NCBI GenBank assembly: GCA_943371565.1
Contig: CALRVH010000010.1
Location: 23,940-87,939 of the forward strand
Direction: 5' to 3'
DNA: 64,000 bases
DNA from: Chitinophaga pinensis
GTDB taxonomy: Bacteria > Bacteroidota > Bacteroidia > Chitinophagales > Chitinophagaceae
In this document: piece by piece, positions 37,236-46,147 of the stretch
How positions within the stretch are numbered: position 1 is the stretch's first letter
Layout: the number at the start of each line of letters is the position of its first letter
Program-made: the position numbers and the translations under genes
Notes under the pieces: generated by a model
What the model was told of the DNA's origin: nothing
The model's input: only the letters and a program-made list of their open reading frames with translations
The model's database searches: none

Positions 37236-39107
37236 ATGCGACTACTAATTTTTTTATCAGTACTTATTGTTAGCAACTACACATTTGCCCAAAAACACAA
37301 TGAGGCATATGAAGATTTATCCCTGGGCTGGATGAAGATCTACAAATTTAAAGGCGCAAGCAAACCGGCCCAGGTGGATGAGAAAAAATATTCAATAGCA
37401 CAGCTATCGGTCATAGACTCATTTGCCAACTGGATGCAGGCAAGCTATACACCCAAAGGCAGTTTAGGAGATATAAAAAAGTATGTAACACCTAAAAAAA
37501 ATGTATACCATGAGAGGTATAATGAAGCGGTACCGCACAGTTACGGTGCTAGTGCTTACAGCTATACTTTTTTAAAGCAAACCAATGGTAAATGGCAGCC
37601 TTATATGAATTTTGCAAACTACTGGACCATTGCCGCCAATGAAATACCACTTACCTACAGGGAAATTGAATTTAACACCAATAAAACCTGTTTGTTTATG
37701 CTGCCGCTTTACGATGAAAAAAGTCTGGCAGACGATCCCAATTCTTTAGACGCAAAAACAAAAAAACTGTTTGACCTCTCTGCACACCCAATCCTGAAAA
37801 AATATATCTACTACAATTTAAAAGCATATAATAAAGATTTTGGGAATAATCTCGTCATACTCAGCAAAAACAACAAGTTTCCCTTTTTACCAGTTAGCAT
37901 TGGCGAGGCTTTGCAGTTTGCAGAAGATGCTTTTCCGGTTAAATATGCTGAACAAAAGAAAACAGCCACTGAACAAAACTCTTATGATGCCAGACACTTA
38001 CAATCGGCCATGAAAAATCTTGATGAAAAATTCAGCAAAGCCAGGGCTACCATCATAAAACTCAGAGAAAAATATCAGAGCCAATTGAATGAACAGGCTT
38101 ACATGAAATATGGAGGCTACTCCATACAGAGCTTAACCAATGGCTCAGACATTTTTGAGAATGGAAATACAAGGCAAGACGGGAGTTTTAATAAGAGTTA
38201 CCCCCTTTTTAGAGTTGATCCTGAGATGCAGGCAAAATGCAGTACAGATAAACCACAATGGATAGTTATTAAATGGTTCGGTGGTTTAATGGATGAAATT
38301 GCATTTAAACACATGCATGAATCCATCATCAATAATTTTGATTTCGACTATTTATATAATTTCTTTTTTGCCCCGGAGAAAGTAAAAGGAGTAACGTACA
38401 AACCACTTCGTTCACCCAATAGGGAAGAAAAAACTATTACTACTGAAAAATCTGAAGCATCAAAAAATATGGAAGCCGATGCGTCTGTTTTTTTCTTTGA
38501 AGATTTTTCGGGTACTCCTGCAGGTCAAAAACCGGCAGGCTGGAAATCTTCTATGAATTCAGACGCCAAATATTCATCCGTTACGGTACTTCCCGGAAAG
38601 GAAGGAAAATGGCTGGAAATAAAGGGACATCCCAATTTGGTTCCCGAAAATCTTAAAAAACCACTGCCTCAAAATTTTGAATTATCGTTTGATCTAGCGG
38701 TGCCTAAAGACATTCAGTGGGGTGCAAAAGCCTTAGAGTTTTATATAGGCACAAATAACAAATACGACGAAAGTGTTCCTTCCTTGAATTTACGGTTAAG
38801 GGCTGGTTTTTCTGGAAGAGCTGGCGAAGGATCTATTGCCGGCAAGTTTGGAAATGGATATTTTAATACATACAAGTATTTCGAGGCAACAGGTTTCTCA
38901 AACGATAAAGAAATCAACAATGTAAAAATCACCTTGAGGAAGAACGGTGAATTGTTTGAATTATATATTGACAAAAACAAAATTGCTGATATACCAAAAG
39001 CATTTCCGGCCAATACTTTATTCAACTGGCTTCAGTTCAAACATCTGAATAGTGACGCAGATAATCAAAAATACTTTATTAGTAATATTAAAATTACCCG
39101 AATATAA
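37236..39107 (+). CDS. Exported protein, unknown N-domain + C-terminal module shared with gene B (locus gene C)
   Basis: ATG at 37236 gives a signal peptide (MRLLIFLSVLIVSNYTFAQ). The C-terminal 208 aa (38481-39104) are FFEDF..KPAGW..GKWLEI..FELSFDL..FISNIKITR, parallel to gene B. Confidence 0.7.
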   Translation: MRLLIFLSVLIVSNYTFAQKHNEAYEDLSLGWMKIYKFKGASKPAQVDEKKYSIAQLSVIDSFANWMQASYTPKGSLGDIKKYVTPKKNVYHERYNEAVPHSYGASAYSYTFLKQTNGKWQPYMNFANYWTIAANEIPLTYREIEFNTNKTCLFMLPLYDEKSLADDPNSLDAKTKKLFDLSAHPILKKYIYYNLKAYNKDFGNNLVILSKNNKFPFLPVSIGEALQFAEDAFPVKYAEQKKTATEQNSYDARHLQSAMKNLDEKFSKARATIIKLREKYQSQLNEQAYMKYGGYSIQSLTNGSDIFENGNTRQDGSFNKSYPLFRVDPEMQAKCSTDKPQWIVIKWFGGLMDEIAFKHMHESIINNFDFDYLYNFFFAPEKVKGVTYKPLRSPNREEKTITTEKSEASKNMEADASVFFFEDFSGTPAGQKPAGWKSSMNSDAKYSSVTVLPGKEGKWLEIKGHPNLVPENLKKPLPQNFELSFDLAVPKDIQWGAKALEFYIGTNNKYDESVPSLNLRLRAGFSGRAGEGSIAGKFGNGYFNTYKYFEATGFSNDKEINNVKITLRKNGELFELYIDKNKIADIPKAFPANTLFNWLQFKHLNSDADNQKYFISNIKITRI

Positions 39108-39170
39108 ATCTCCTTTTTCAGGAATATAATTGCTTGGTAAAGCAACCCTTTTAAACTGAAAACAGTTGAT

Positions 39171-40220
39171 ATGAAAAAAATCTTTCTTCCCCTGATTATT
39201 CTTAGCCTGTCTGTTATTGCTTTTGCACAGGAACAAGAAACATTTGACATTATTACATATACTCCTCCGCCGGGTGGCGGATGGAAAGCTGAGCAAAAGC
39301 AAAATGTAATAGGCTATACAATTACAGATAAAATTAAAAAGACCTGGTGCCAATTAGGGATTTACAAAAGCACTGCCAGCAAAGGAAACATTGAAAGCGA
39401 TTTCAAAAACGAATGGGATGAACTGGCTGTTAAACAATATAAGGCTACCGGGCTTACAGAAAACGAAGTAATAACAACTGATGGATGGAAAATAAAAGCC
39501 GGTGGCGGAAAATTCAAGTTCAACAATGCAGACGCTATGGTCTTGCTAACTACTATTACGGGGTATAAAGTTTGTGTAAGCATTCTCGCCATTACCAATA
39601 CCGAGGATTATATTGACGAAGTACAAGCCTTGCTTGAATCCATTGACTTAAAAATACCGGATACTACTAAAGCGAATGTGCCGCCAGGAAACAATCCTCC
39701 TGCTAATACAAACACTGCCAATGCAACCATTGCAGGCACCTGGATAAAATCAGGCAGTGTAAACCCGGTATATGGCAATCCCGTATCATGGGGGACTGGT
39801 GGCTATACCAAAGATGAATATATTTTATACCCAAACGGCACTTTTAAATTTTACTCCAAATCATTTGGCTATTCAATTACCAACCTGATTTTTGTAAAGG
39901 AAAGCGGCACTTACAACATCAACGGCAATAGCATCACCCTTACTCCAAAATCAAGTATAGTAGAAGCCTGGAGTAAAAAAGACGGCACTGATAACTGGGG
40001 CAAATTAGTCAGCAGTAACAAGCGGAATAATGAAACAGTCACTTATACCTTTACTAAACATTATTTCAGCGGTATTCAACAATGGAATCTCGTATTACAA
40101 ACAGCCAAACCCACCAACAGAGATGGAAGCTTCAGCAGCAATACGCTATTCCCCAATGCTTATTATTATGCACCCGTATCCGTAAATAATACAGCCATTA
40201 ATTTGCCTCCCGGCAACTAA
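39171..40220 (+). CDS. Exported two-domain protein, paralogous N-domain with gene E (locus gene D)
   Basis: Signal peptide (..VIAFAQ), an N-module at aa 21-161, a PPGNNPPANTNTANA linker, and a C-terminal lipocalin-like pattern (GTWIK...YILYPNGTFKF...GTYNINGNSITL). Confidence 0.7.
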   Translation: MKKIFLPLIILSLSVIAFAQEQETFDIITYTPPPGGGWKAEQKQNVIGYTITDKIKKTWCQLGIYKSTASKGNIESDFKNEWDELAVKQYKATGLTENEVITTDGWKIKAGGGKFKFNNADAMVLLTTITGYKVCVSILAITNTEDYIDEVQALLESIDLKIPDTTKANVPPGNNPPANTNTANATIAGTWIKSGSVNPVYGNPVSWGTGGYTKDEYILYPNGTFKFYSKSFGYSITNLIFVKESGTYNINGNSITLTPKSSIVEAWSKKDGTDNWGKLVSSNKRNNETVTYTFTKHYFSGIQQWNLVLQTAKPTNRDGSFSSNTLFPNAYYYAPVSVNNTAINLPPGN

Positions 40221-40270
40221 ATCAAAAAGTATAATCAGCAATATGAAAATCATAAAAGAGTAAACTATCA

Positions 40271-41641
40271 ATGATGAAAAAAGTATTTTTCCTTAGCGTC
40301 TTCTGTGTTTCTACGGTCATCTCATTTGCCCAAAAAGAAACATTTGACCTTACTACTTACACTTCACCTACAGGATGGGAGAAAAAACCTTCTGAAAGTG
40401 GTATTCAGTTTACAAAAGAGGATGTGACAAAAGGAGCTTATTGTATAATAACATTGTTTAAAGCGGTACCAGGAACTTCCAATTCAAAAGAAAATTTTGA
40501 TCTTGCATGGACTTCTATAGTCAAAGAAATGGTAACCGTTTCAACTGCACCTGAAATGCAGCCCGTCGCTACCGAAAATGGGTGGGAGGCACAAAGTGGC
40601 TATGCCCCTTTTGAAAGCGATGGCAATAAAGGTATTGTCTTATTAATAACTTCAAGTGGCTTTGAAAAGATGGTCAACATTATTATCCTTACCAATACGG
40701 ATATATATGAAAAAGACATGACTGAGTTTTTGGAATCAGTTAGTTTAATTAAGCCTGCAGGAGGAACCAGTAAAATAAACAACCCAGCCACGAACCAGGT
40801 AAAATCACCGCCGGTAAAGACAACGGCCAAAGCAGATGGATATGCATTTACAACCACTAATTTTGATGATGGCTGGACCAGTACCGTACACGAAGATTGG
40901 GTAGAAGTAAAGAAAGCTGATATTAAAGTACTGATCCATTATCCCAATAAATCTGCAGATACATACAATTCTGTTGTAATGTATGGACTAAAAAATGCAT
41001 GGAATGTTTTGGTTGCACCCAAATACAGCACAGCAAGTAATTTTGAATTTAAACCCATAACTGGCTGGCAGTCTATTGAATTTGCAGAAGCCGATGCGGT
41101 GGAAAAAGGAACAAACAAATCAGTTCATGTTGTATTGTTTAAAATGAATTATTCTGGTGGCAATGGAAGATATTTAGAGTTTATAACTTCCAGTAAAAAT
41201 TCTTTTGAACAGGAATTTGGTGCATACCATCAAACTACATCCGGATGGGAGCAAATGGAGAAGATGGCAAACTATAACAAGTTTGCTGTAGCTAATTCTG
41301 ACCTGAAAGGCAAATGGACCAGCAATTTTACCGGAATGCAACAATATGTAAATGCTTACACAGGTACCAGTGCTGGTGCAGATACCCATGCCTCAAATGA
41401 AAATTTTGAATTTGGCCCTGCCAATACTTATAAATGGGACCTGGGTGTTGCGAGTGGGTTTGTAGGAAATATTAAGTTTCAAAGTGCAAAGTCAAATGGA
41501 AAATTTTCATTACCCAACAACTGGCAGGTGAGTTTCTCAGATATCGAAGGCAAACCAAAAATCTACAATACCTTTTTCTCCTGTGTAAAAGGTGCGAGGG
41601 TATTATGGATTGGTGATACTGGTTTTGGCAAAATAGAATAA
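40271..41641 (+). CDS. Exported two-domain protein, paralogous N-domain with gene D (locus gene E)
   Basis: Signal peptide (..VISFAQ). The N-module at aa 21-161 is collinear with gene D (ETFDxxTYTxPxGW, C..I..FK, GW, LL.T, IL.TNT, LESxxL). The C-terminal ~270 aa are unassigned. Confidence 0.7.
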   Translation: MMKKVFFLSVFCVSTVISFAQKETFDLTTYTSPTGWEKKPSESGIQFTKEDVTKGAYCIITLFKAVPGTSNSKENFDLAWTSIVKEMVTVSTAPEMQPVATENGWEAQSGYAPFESDGNKGIVLLITSSGFEKMVNIIILTNTDIYEKDMTEFLESVSLIKPAGGTSKINNPATNQVKSPPVKTTAKADGYAFTTTNFDDGWTSTVHEDWVEVKKADIKVLIHYPNKSADTYNSVVMYGLKNAWNVLVAPKYSTASNFEFKPITGWQSIEFAEADAVEKGTNKSVHVVLFKMNYSGGNGRYLEFITSSKNSFEQEFGAYHQTTSGWEQMEKMANYNKFAVANSDLKGKWTSNFTGMQQYVNAYTGTSAGADTHASNENFEFGPANTYKWDLGVASGFVGNIKFQSAKSNGKFSLPNNWQVSFSDIEGKPKIYNTFFSCVKGARVLWIGDTGFGKIE

Positions 41642-41671
41642 ATATTTCTGGAAATAATAAAACAATTGAAT

Positions 41672-42724
41672 ATGAAAAAAATATTGCTAATAGTTTGCTT
41701 TTTACCAACATTGAATGCAATGGCTTTTGATACCTGGTGGCATGCAGAATGTACCCGCAAGGCAATGGTGGCAAACGGATTTTCAGGGGATGCCAGACTG
41801 GCAACCCAAGTATCAAACTATATTACGGATTTTCAATCTGCTGCTTTATTTGGCACCGGCATACCCGAAAAACAAAGAGTTGAAGTATTTAAGCTCAAGC
41901 AGGAAATGTCATATGAGTACATGCACTTTGATGCGATTTACTCAACTGCGGATATAGAAAAAAACTGGCAAAGCATTTATGAAAATACTATTCAGACGCT
42001 AAAAAAATATAATAATAACCCGGATGTAAAAAGCGGCTTTCGGTTAATTATTTTATTCAATATCATTGGCGCCTCGCTGCACATAGTGCAGGATTATTAC
42101 TCACACTCTAACTGGGTAAATACATATACATTACTTAACAAAAGCCCAATTCCCACCTGGTATGAGGAGGATAGTGTCTACCGGAAAAGTCTGTATTTAT
42201 ATACCGGAGCTTACCCCGACGGTTCGGCTAAAGGAAAAAAAAATCATTCCGAGTTAAATAAAGATTGCTCAAGCTTAGACCTTAACAAAGAAGCAGTAGA
42301 AGTTGCAGAAAGAGCCTCCATAGAATGGATTAAAAAAATAGTCGCGGCTACCCCTGAACTGCCATGGGCTGAATTGAAAAATTATAATATACAAAATGAC
42401 CCTATACTGAAAAATTTTCTTGTAAAACTCGATGCAACTTTCCTTACATCAAGTTCTATTGTGGCCGGACACCTCGATGGCAGCAAACCAGCTAAATTTA
42501 TCTTTTCTGCTGAAAAAAATTTAGTAAAGGAACAATCTATGGCCCTGGCTGCACTTAATCTTACTATCGGCGAATACTCCGCTTATTTGACGCTGGAAAG
42601 GAATATTTACAAAATCCCTTCCCCATATTGGGCTGGATTCAGGGTTTATTTTATAACACGGGATATTGCAAATGGATTAAGCCACAGCAATAAGAAATAT
42701 GTTAAACCACCTAAAACAAACTAA
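41672..42724 (+). CDS. Exported protein with HFDA and LHxxQDYYSHSNW motifs (putative metal-dependent hydrolase; locus gene F)
   Basis: ATG at 41672. Signal peptide ends ..LNAMA/FD. The motifs MHFDAIY and SLHIVQDYYSHSNWV resemble, from memory, the N-terminal domain of VWA7-like proteins (HFDAE, LHALQDFYSHSNWVE). His/Asp spacing is reminiscent of zinc PLC/S1-P1 nuclease sites. Confidence 0.65.
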   Translation: MKKILLIVCFLPTLNAMAFDTWWHAECTRKAMVANGFSGDARLATQVSNYITDFQSAALFGTGIPEKQRVEVFKLKQEMSYEYMHFDAIYSTADIEKNWQSIYENTIQTLKKYNNNPDVKSGFRLIILFNIIGASLHIVQDYYSHSNWVNTYTLLNKSPIPTWYEEDSVYRKSLYLYTGAYPDGSAKGKKNHSELNKDCSSLDLNKEAVEVAERASIEWIKKIVAATPELPWAELKNYNIQNDPILKNFLVKLDATFLTSSSIVAGHLDGSKPAKFIFSAEKNLVKEQSMALAALNLTIGEYSAYLTLERNIYKIPSPYWAGFRVYFITRDIANGLSHSNKKYVKPPKTN

Positions 42725-42788
42725 TCTGGTGCTTTTACATCATGTTTTGTAATTTAAAAATATATTTAGCCTTTGTATCTTCGCAGCA

Positions 42789-43736
42789 ATGAAAGATCTT
42801 CATTCATTGCGAATCGTTTTCATGGGCACTCCCGAATTTGCTGTTGCTTCTCTTGACGCCCTGGTAAAGGCAGATTGCAATATTGTTGGTGTAATAACAG
42901 CCCCTGATAAACCTGGTGGAAGAGGTATGCAGTTACAACAAAGTGCAGTGAAGAAATATGCCATTGAGCACAACCTGGATGTTCTTCAACCGGAGAAACT
43001 AAAGAGCCTGCAATTTTTAGAAGATCTTAGAGCATTAAAAGCTGATTTGCAGATAGTCGTTGCTTTCCGTATGCTCCCTGAGTTTGTCTGGAATATGCCC
43101 CCAATGGGAACTATCAATCTCCATGGATCTTTGTTACCACAGTATCGTGGTGCTGCACCCATCAATTGGGCTGTTATCAACGGAGAAAAAGAAACCGGCG
43201 TTACCACTTTCAAATTGAAGCATGAGATTGATACCGGAGATATTTTACTACAGGAAAGTTTTCCGATTGGTGAAGACCAAACTGCCGGGGAAGTACACGA
43301 TACAATGAAAGCGATTGGGGCGAACCTATTGGTGAAAACAGTAAAGGGGATTACTGATGGAAGCTTGAAAGAGACTCCGCAAATAATATTGTCAGACGGA
43401 GACCGTCAGACAATATTGAAACATGCACCAAAAATCCATACCGATACCTGCCGGATAAACTGGAGCCAACCAGTAGAAACTGTTCACAACCTTATTCGTG
43501 GACTAAGCCCCTACCCCGGTGCTTATACTATCATGAATGAAAAAATGTTTAAAATATTCCGCTCAAAAAAAGAAGTGACTTTACCCAGGGGTACAGAAGG
43601 AGATTATGAAACGGATGGCAAAACATTTTTGAAATTCGCCTGCGCAGATGGGTACATCCACTTAATTGAAGTGCAATTAGAAGGGAAAAAGAAAATGGGA
43701 ATTACTGATTTCCTGAAAGGATACCGGTTCAATTAA
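42789..43736 (+). CDS. fmt: Methionyl-tRNA formyltransferase
   Basis: Contains the HGSLLPQYRGAAPI motif and N- and C-domain architecture. Length is 315 aa. Confidence 0.93.
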   Translation: MKDLHSLRIVFMGTPEFAVASLDALVKADCNIVGVITAPDKPGGRGMQLQQSAVKKYAIEHNLDVLQPEKLKSLQFLEDLRALKADLQIVVAFRMLPEFVWNMPPMGTINLHGSLLPQYRGAAPINWAVINGEKETGVTTFKLKHEIDTGDILLQESFPIGEDQTAGEVHDTMKAIGANLLVKTVKGITDGSLKETPQIILSDGDRQTILKHAPKIHTDTCRINWSQPVETVHNLIRGLSPYPGAYTIMNEKMFKIFRSKKEVTLPRGTEGDYETDGKTFLKFACADGYIHLIEVQLEGKKKMGITDFLKGYRFN

Positions 43737-44713
43737 TAATTCACCTTTACAATAAACTTATCCTGCTCTGTAATATTCAATGCTGAGGCAGCTGCATTGC
43801 TGATACGGATGTTTAATCCTTCGTTCTGACGAATGCCACTCATTTCCCCCAGGACCTTGGCATAAATAGTACTATTGTTTGAAGGATTTATCACTTTTAC
43901 GATGGTTCCGGGTGCTACTTTATCAATTAGCAGGTAGTACTTCGCATCCTGCCAGCCACTTGTTGTTTTAAAAATACCAGCCGTTACCGTTTCGTTTTTT
44001 GTAATTGGATTCGTTTTTATTTGCTGATCAAAATGTGTTTTAAAATATCCTTGCTCTTTTGATACAGGTGCTGTTGTTTCCTTTTTTTCTATAACTGGCT
44101 CAGGTTTGTTTTTCTCTTCCTTTTTTTCTGCCTTTTCTTCAGCCTTAGCTTCTTTTTCCTCAGCCTTCTTTACATCTTCTGCTTTAACAGGCTCGACGGT
44201 TACAGGTTTTTCTTCTGCTTTTACCGCAGGATCTTCCTCTACTGGCTTATTTTTAATGGTTACTGCAGGCATACCATTACTATGCAAAAAACCAATAACA
44301 ATTTTTGCACCTTCTTTCAATTCATCTTTCGAAAGGTTATTCCATAAGCGAAGGTTAGCCAGTGACACTTTATTATGCTTATTGCTTACGGTCATCAATC
44401 CTTCCTTTTCACCAACTTTATAATAAACGGGTGTACCAACATTTCCCTGTTGTGTAAAATTTGTATCAGTAAGTGGAATACGTAATTTCTGGTCTATCTG
44501 CAGACCTTTATTTATATCCAGTTTATTAAAAGAAGCGATAAATTTTGGGCTTACATTATACTTACGGCCCACCGCATAAAAACTCTCTTTTGAAGCTACT
44601 TTATGCTCAAGATATAAACCTTTGTCACCACTTTTCACCATCAGCTCTTTTTGGGCCGATACCAGGTGAGCCGTCAACACAAACACAAAAAACGAAAGGA
44701 AAAACTTCTTCAT
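43733..44713 (-). CDS. LysM domain protein with K/E-rich linker
   Basis: ATG at 44713 gives a signal peptide (MKKFFLSFFVFVLTAHLVSAQ). It has two LysM-like segments, a linker (EEKPVTVEPVKAEDVKKAEEKEAKAEEK...), and a C-terminal beta-rich domain possibly of RlpA/DPBB type. Confidence 0.7.
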   Translation of the reverse strand: MKKFFLSFFVFVLTAHLVSAQKELMVKSGDKGLYLEHKVASKESFYAVGRKYNVSPKFIASFNKLDINKGLQIDQKLRIPLTDTNFTQQGNVGTPVYYKVGEKEGLMTVSNKHNKVSLANLRLWNNLSKDELKEGAKIVIGFLHSNGMPAVTIKNKPVEEDPAVKAEEKPVTVEPVKAEDVKKAEEKEAKAEEKAEKKEEKNKPEPVIEKKETTAPVSKEQGYFKTHFDQQIKTNPITKNETVTAGIFKTTSGWQDAKYYLLIDKVAPGTIVKVINPSNNSTIYAKVLGEMSGIRQNEGLNIRISNAAASALNITEQDKFIVKVNY

Positions 44714-44764
44714 ACTGGCAAGATTTGACTGCAAAGATGTGGAATTTTTACTTTTTCCAGCAGA

Positions 44765-46117
44765 TTACTTGTCCTTTAATATCCTCATTTCCTTTGGGTA
44801 ATAATTGTTAATACGGTTGGATAATACATTTACCCATCCCAGGGAGTGTCCTTTATAATTAACCAACTGCCACCCTTTTTTTTCTATCTCCATTTTCAGG
44901 TCTTTCCGTTGCAGGTATTGAATAGATTGTTCGTAATCCAACTCTGTTCGGGGGATTGCTTCATCGGTTATATTACTCAATGCCAGGGCATGGTCGGGCA
45001 CCAATTTATCCCGCATAAGTTCACCTGTTAATGTACCGGAATAAATTACCCGGAGCTGTTCCAATAAAAAACTGAAATCACTCAGATGTATTACGGGCCA
45101 GGCATATACCGTATTAAGGTGTTTGATAAAAGTCCTGTCTTCCTTCTTCACCCACTTCTCAACGAAATCCATTTCCTTTCTACTCGTCTGCTCCGGTTTA
45201 TTTCTTATCCTGACAGAAGCGTCTGTGTCCCCATCTTTTTTTCTGAAGCAGGCCAAAAAGAAACCTTCTCCCTTTACTTTATCCGGCCAAAAACGATAGC
45301 CTCCGTCTGATTCGACAATACCCCAGGTACTGTTTACCTGCAATGGGCAACTGACAGCTGACATTTCGGATAACAGCCAATCCATAATAACTTCATCTTC
45401 TTCTATTGAATAAGAACAAGTGGAATAAATAAGAATTCCATCTTGTTTTAATGCCGGCCAGACATCAGCAAGAATTCGTTGTTGCCGCTGTGAACATAAT
45501 TGCACATTATTTTCACTCCACTCTTCAATGGCAGCCGGGTCACGGCGAAAAAGACCACTACCGCTACAAGGGGCATCAACGACGATCACATCAAAATAAT
45601 TTTCCAGTTTTGAAAATTCTTTCGGGTCATTATTGGTGACTACTACATTTTCACATCCCCATTTAATGATATTATCTTTTAAAACGTTCGCCCTTGAACG
45701 GATCACTTCATTGCTCACCAGCAAACTATCTTTCGAAATCAATGATTGAATATGGGTCGATTTCCCGCCGGGAGATGCACAGAGATCAAGCACCTTTATT
45801 GGCTTTGACAAATCAACAGTTTGCTTTAAAGCCTGCTCTAAAAACATACTGCTGGCTTCCTGCACATAATAGCAACCGGCATGAAAAAGCGGATCGAAAG
45901 TGAAGGAAGGACGGGATTGTAAGTAATAACCGAGTTCTGTCCAGGGGATTTTGGTTAATTGGTTTATTGGGATATTAGTTAATTGGGTGATATTTTTAGA
46001 AGGGTTTATTCGTATTGAAGTTAGCTGATCACGGAAAGCATGCACTTGTTCAAAAGCTTCTTTATCGAAGCCTTTTGCATCAATCAGCGATTCTAATAAT
46101 GGAGGAGGAAGTTGCAC
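44765..46117 (-). CDS. RsmB/RsmF-family SAM-dependent RNA m5C methyltransferase
   Basis: Motifs YYVQEASSM, LDLCASPGGKST, DAPCSGSG and STCS are present, with a GTG start at 46117. The region between the N-terminal helix and the core holds the repeat-encoded peptide NITQLTNIPINQLTKIP. Confidence 0.8.
   Translation of the reverse strand: MQLPPPLLESLIDAKGFDKEAFEQVHAFRDQLTSIRINPSKNITQLTNIPINQLTKIPWTELGYYLQSRPSFTFDPLFHAGCYYVQEASSMFLEQALKQTVDLSKPIKVLDLCASPGGKSTHIQSLISKDSLLVSNEVIRSRANVLKDNIIKWGCENVVVTNNDPKEFSKLENYFDVIVVDAPCSGSGLFRRDPAAIEEWSENNVQLCSQRQQRILADVWPALKQDGILIYSTCSYSIEEDEVIMDWLLSEMSAVSCPLQVNSTWGIVESDGGYRFWPDKVKGEGFFLACFRKKDGDTDASVRIRNKPEQTSRKEMDFVEKWVKKEDRTFIKHLNTVYAWPVIHLSDFSFLLEQLRVIYSGTLTGELMRDKLVPDHALALSNITDEAIPRTELDYEQSIQYLQRKDLKMEIEKKGWQLVNYKGHSLGWVNVLSNRINNYYPKEMRILKDK
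45953..45987. repeat. GGTTAATTGG/TTTATTGGG word element embedded in coding sequence (copy 3)
   Basis: ggttaattggtttattgggatattagttaattggg uses the same words as the arms at 11786-11813 and 11906-11940. It is read in-frame on the minus strand. Confidence 0.65.
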
Positions 46118-46147
46118 GGTGTAAAACTACAAACCACAAATTATAAA

